Assembly: GCA_965207445.1 (NCBI GenBank)
Contig: CBDBLX010000002.1
Span: 864,001 to 928,000 of the forward strand
Length of the DNA: 64,000 nucleotides
DNA from: Nitrosopumilus sp.
Lineage (GTDB): Archaea > Thermoproteota > Nitrososphaeria > Nitrososphaerales > Nitrosopumilaceae
Direction of reading: 5' to 3'
The notes under the pieces were generated by a model that saw only the letters and a list, made by a program, of their open reading frames with translations, was not told the DNA's origin and did not search any database. How positions within the stretch are numbered: position 1 is the stretch's first letter; every line of letters starts with the position of its first letter. A program made the translations under genes and the position numbers. Shown here piece after piece: positions 63,219 through 64,000 of this stretch.

Positions 63219-64000
63219 GTGAATGAAATATTACGCGTAGAGCATATTGTAAAACATTTTGTCAAAAAGACCATATTTGGATCTAAAACATCTGTCGTTC
63301 GAGCGTCTGATGATGTATCATTTTCACTTGGGCGCGGTGAAGTATTTGTGCTTGCAGGTGAATCCGGTTCTGGCAAATCCACCATTGCCAAGATAATACT
63401 CGGCTCGATTCACCCTGACTCGGGGGAAATTTTACTACATGGCAACAAAATTAACCGTAATCAACGAGATATGAAAAAGATTCGAACTGTATGTCAGATG
63501 ATCCATCAGGATCCTTATGATTCTATAAATCCCCGTATGAGAGTATCTGATATAATATCTGAACCACTTGATATACATGGTATATTTGACACCTCTAGTG
63601 CACGAGATGAACGCATCAGAGAAGTCTTAGAAGAGGTAAAGTTAGAACCTGTAGATGAGATTATTTACAAATACCCTCATATGCTGTCTGGTGGACAACG
63701 GCAACGCGTGGTACTTGCACGTGCACTTGCAATAAAACCCCAAATTATAATTGCAGATGAGCCTGTCTCTATGCTTGATGTCTCAATACGTGCAGAGATG
63801 TTAGATTTGATGCGCGACTTGCAGAAAAAACATCAGATATCTTTTTTGTACATTACTCATGATTTGGCTACTGCTCGGCATTTTGGGCAGCGCGTTGGAA
63901 TTTTGTATATGGGTAAAATTGTAGAGACTGGAAAGATCAATGACGTATTATTCTCACCACTTCATCCTTATACACGTGCACTGACAGATGCTATATCTGA
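63219..64000 (+). CDS. Oligopeptide-type ABC transporter ATP-binding protein (runs off the window)
   Basis: GESGSGKST, YPHMLSGGQRQR, IADEPVS, HPYTRAL; absent from the ORF track because there is no stop. Confidence 0.93.
   Translation, partial: MNEILRVEHIVKHFVKKTIFGSKTSVVRASDDVSFSLGRGEVFVLAGESGSGKSTIAKIILGSIHPDSGEILLHGNKINRNQRDMKKIRTVCQMIHQDPYDSINPRMRVSDIISEPLDIHGIFDTSSARDERIREVLEEVKLEPVDEIIYKYPHMLSGGQRQRVVLARALAIKPQIIIADEPVSMLDVSIRAEMLDLMRDLQKKHQISFLYITHDLATARHFGQRVGILYMGKIVETGKINDVLFSPLHPYTRALTDAIS

Noticed and set aside
1..64000. Diversity-generating retroelement or retron
   Set aside because: No reverse transcriptase motif and no adenine-specific repeat pair seen.

Overview
Chromosomal window from an ammonia-oxidising archaeon (Nitrosopumilaceae-like). 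Support: thaumarchaeosortase, aIF-5A, aIF-1A, rps8e, cofC/cofD, intron-containing tRNA-Tyr and archaeal RNase P. The AT-rich backbone, long decaying intergenic regions, many dead IS elements and a giant GC-rich surface protein suggest a host-associated, possibly sponge-symbiont, lineage (inference). The core genes are ordinary: smc, scpA/scpB, dinB, proS, dys, ino1, egtB/egtD and a geranylgeranyl reductase. The accessory DNA is more unusual. (1) A degenerate IS110-family transposase has a CRISPR-like array in its 3' non-coding end (three 34-36-bp repeats, two unrelated spacers, no cas genes). A second IS110 remnant 33 kb away carries one copy of the same motif at the same distance from the ORF, so the repeat belongs to the element. 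This is the best candidate for an undescribed RNA-guided arrangement, although both copies are pseudogenes. (2) A 6.65-kb cargo island is bracketed by 115-bp inverted repeats. (3) An 81-bp IS66-derived MITE family has 9-bp TSDs; two copies flank an RHH / membrane protein / SWIM-HNH cassette. (4) An Alba protein has a long Cys-containing tandem-repeat N-terminus. (5) A >3,500-aa NHL/FN3/Ig-like protein has identical 774-bp repeats and a duplicated uncharacterised C-terminal domain. All alignments were done by eye and no database searches were run.
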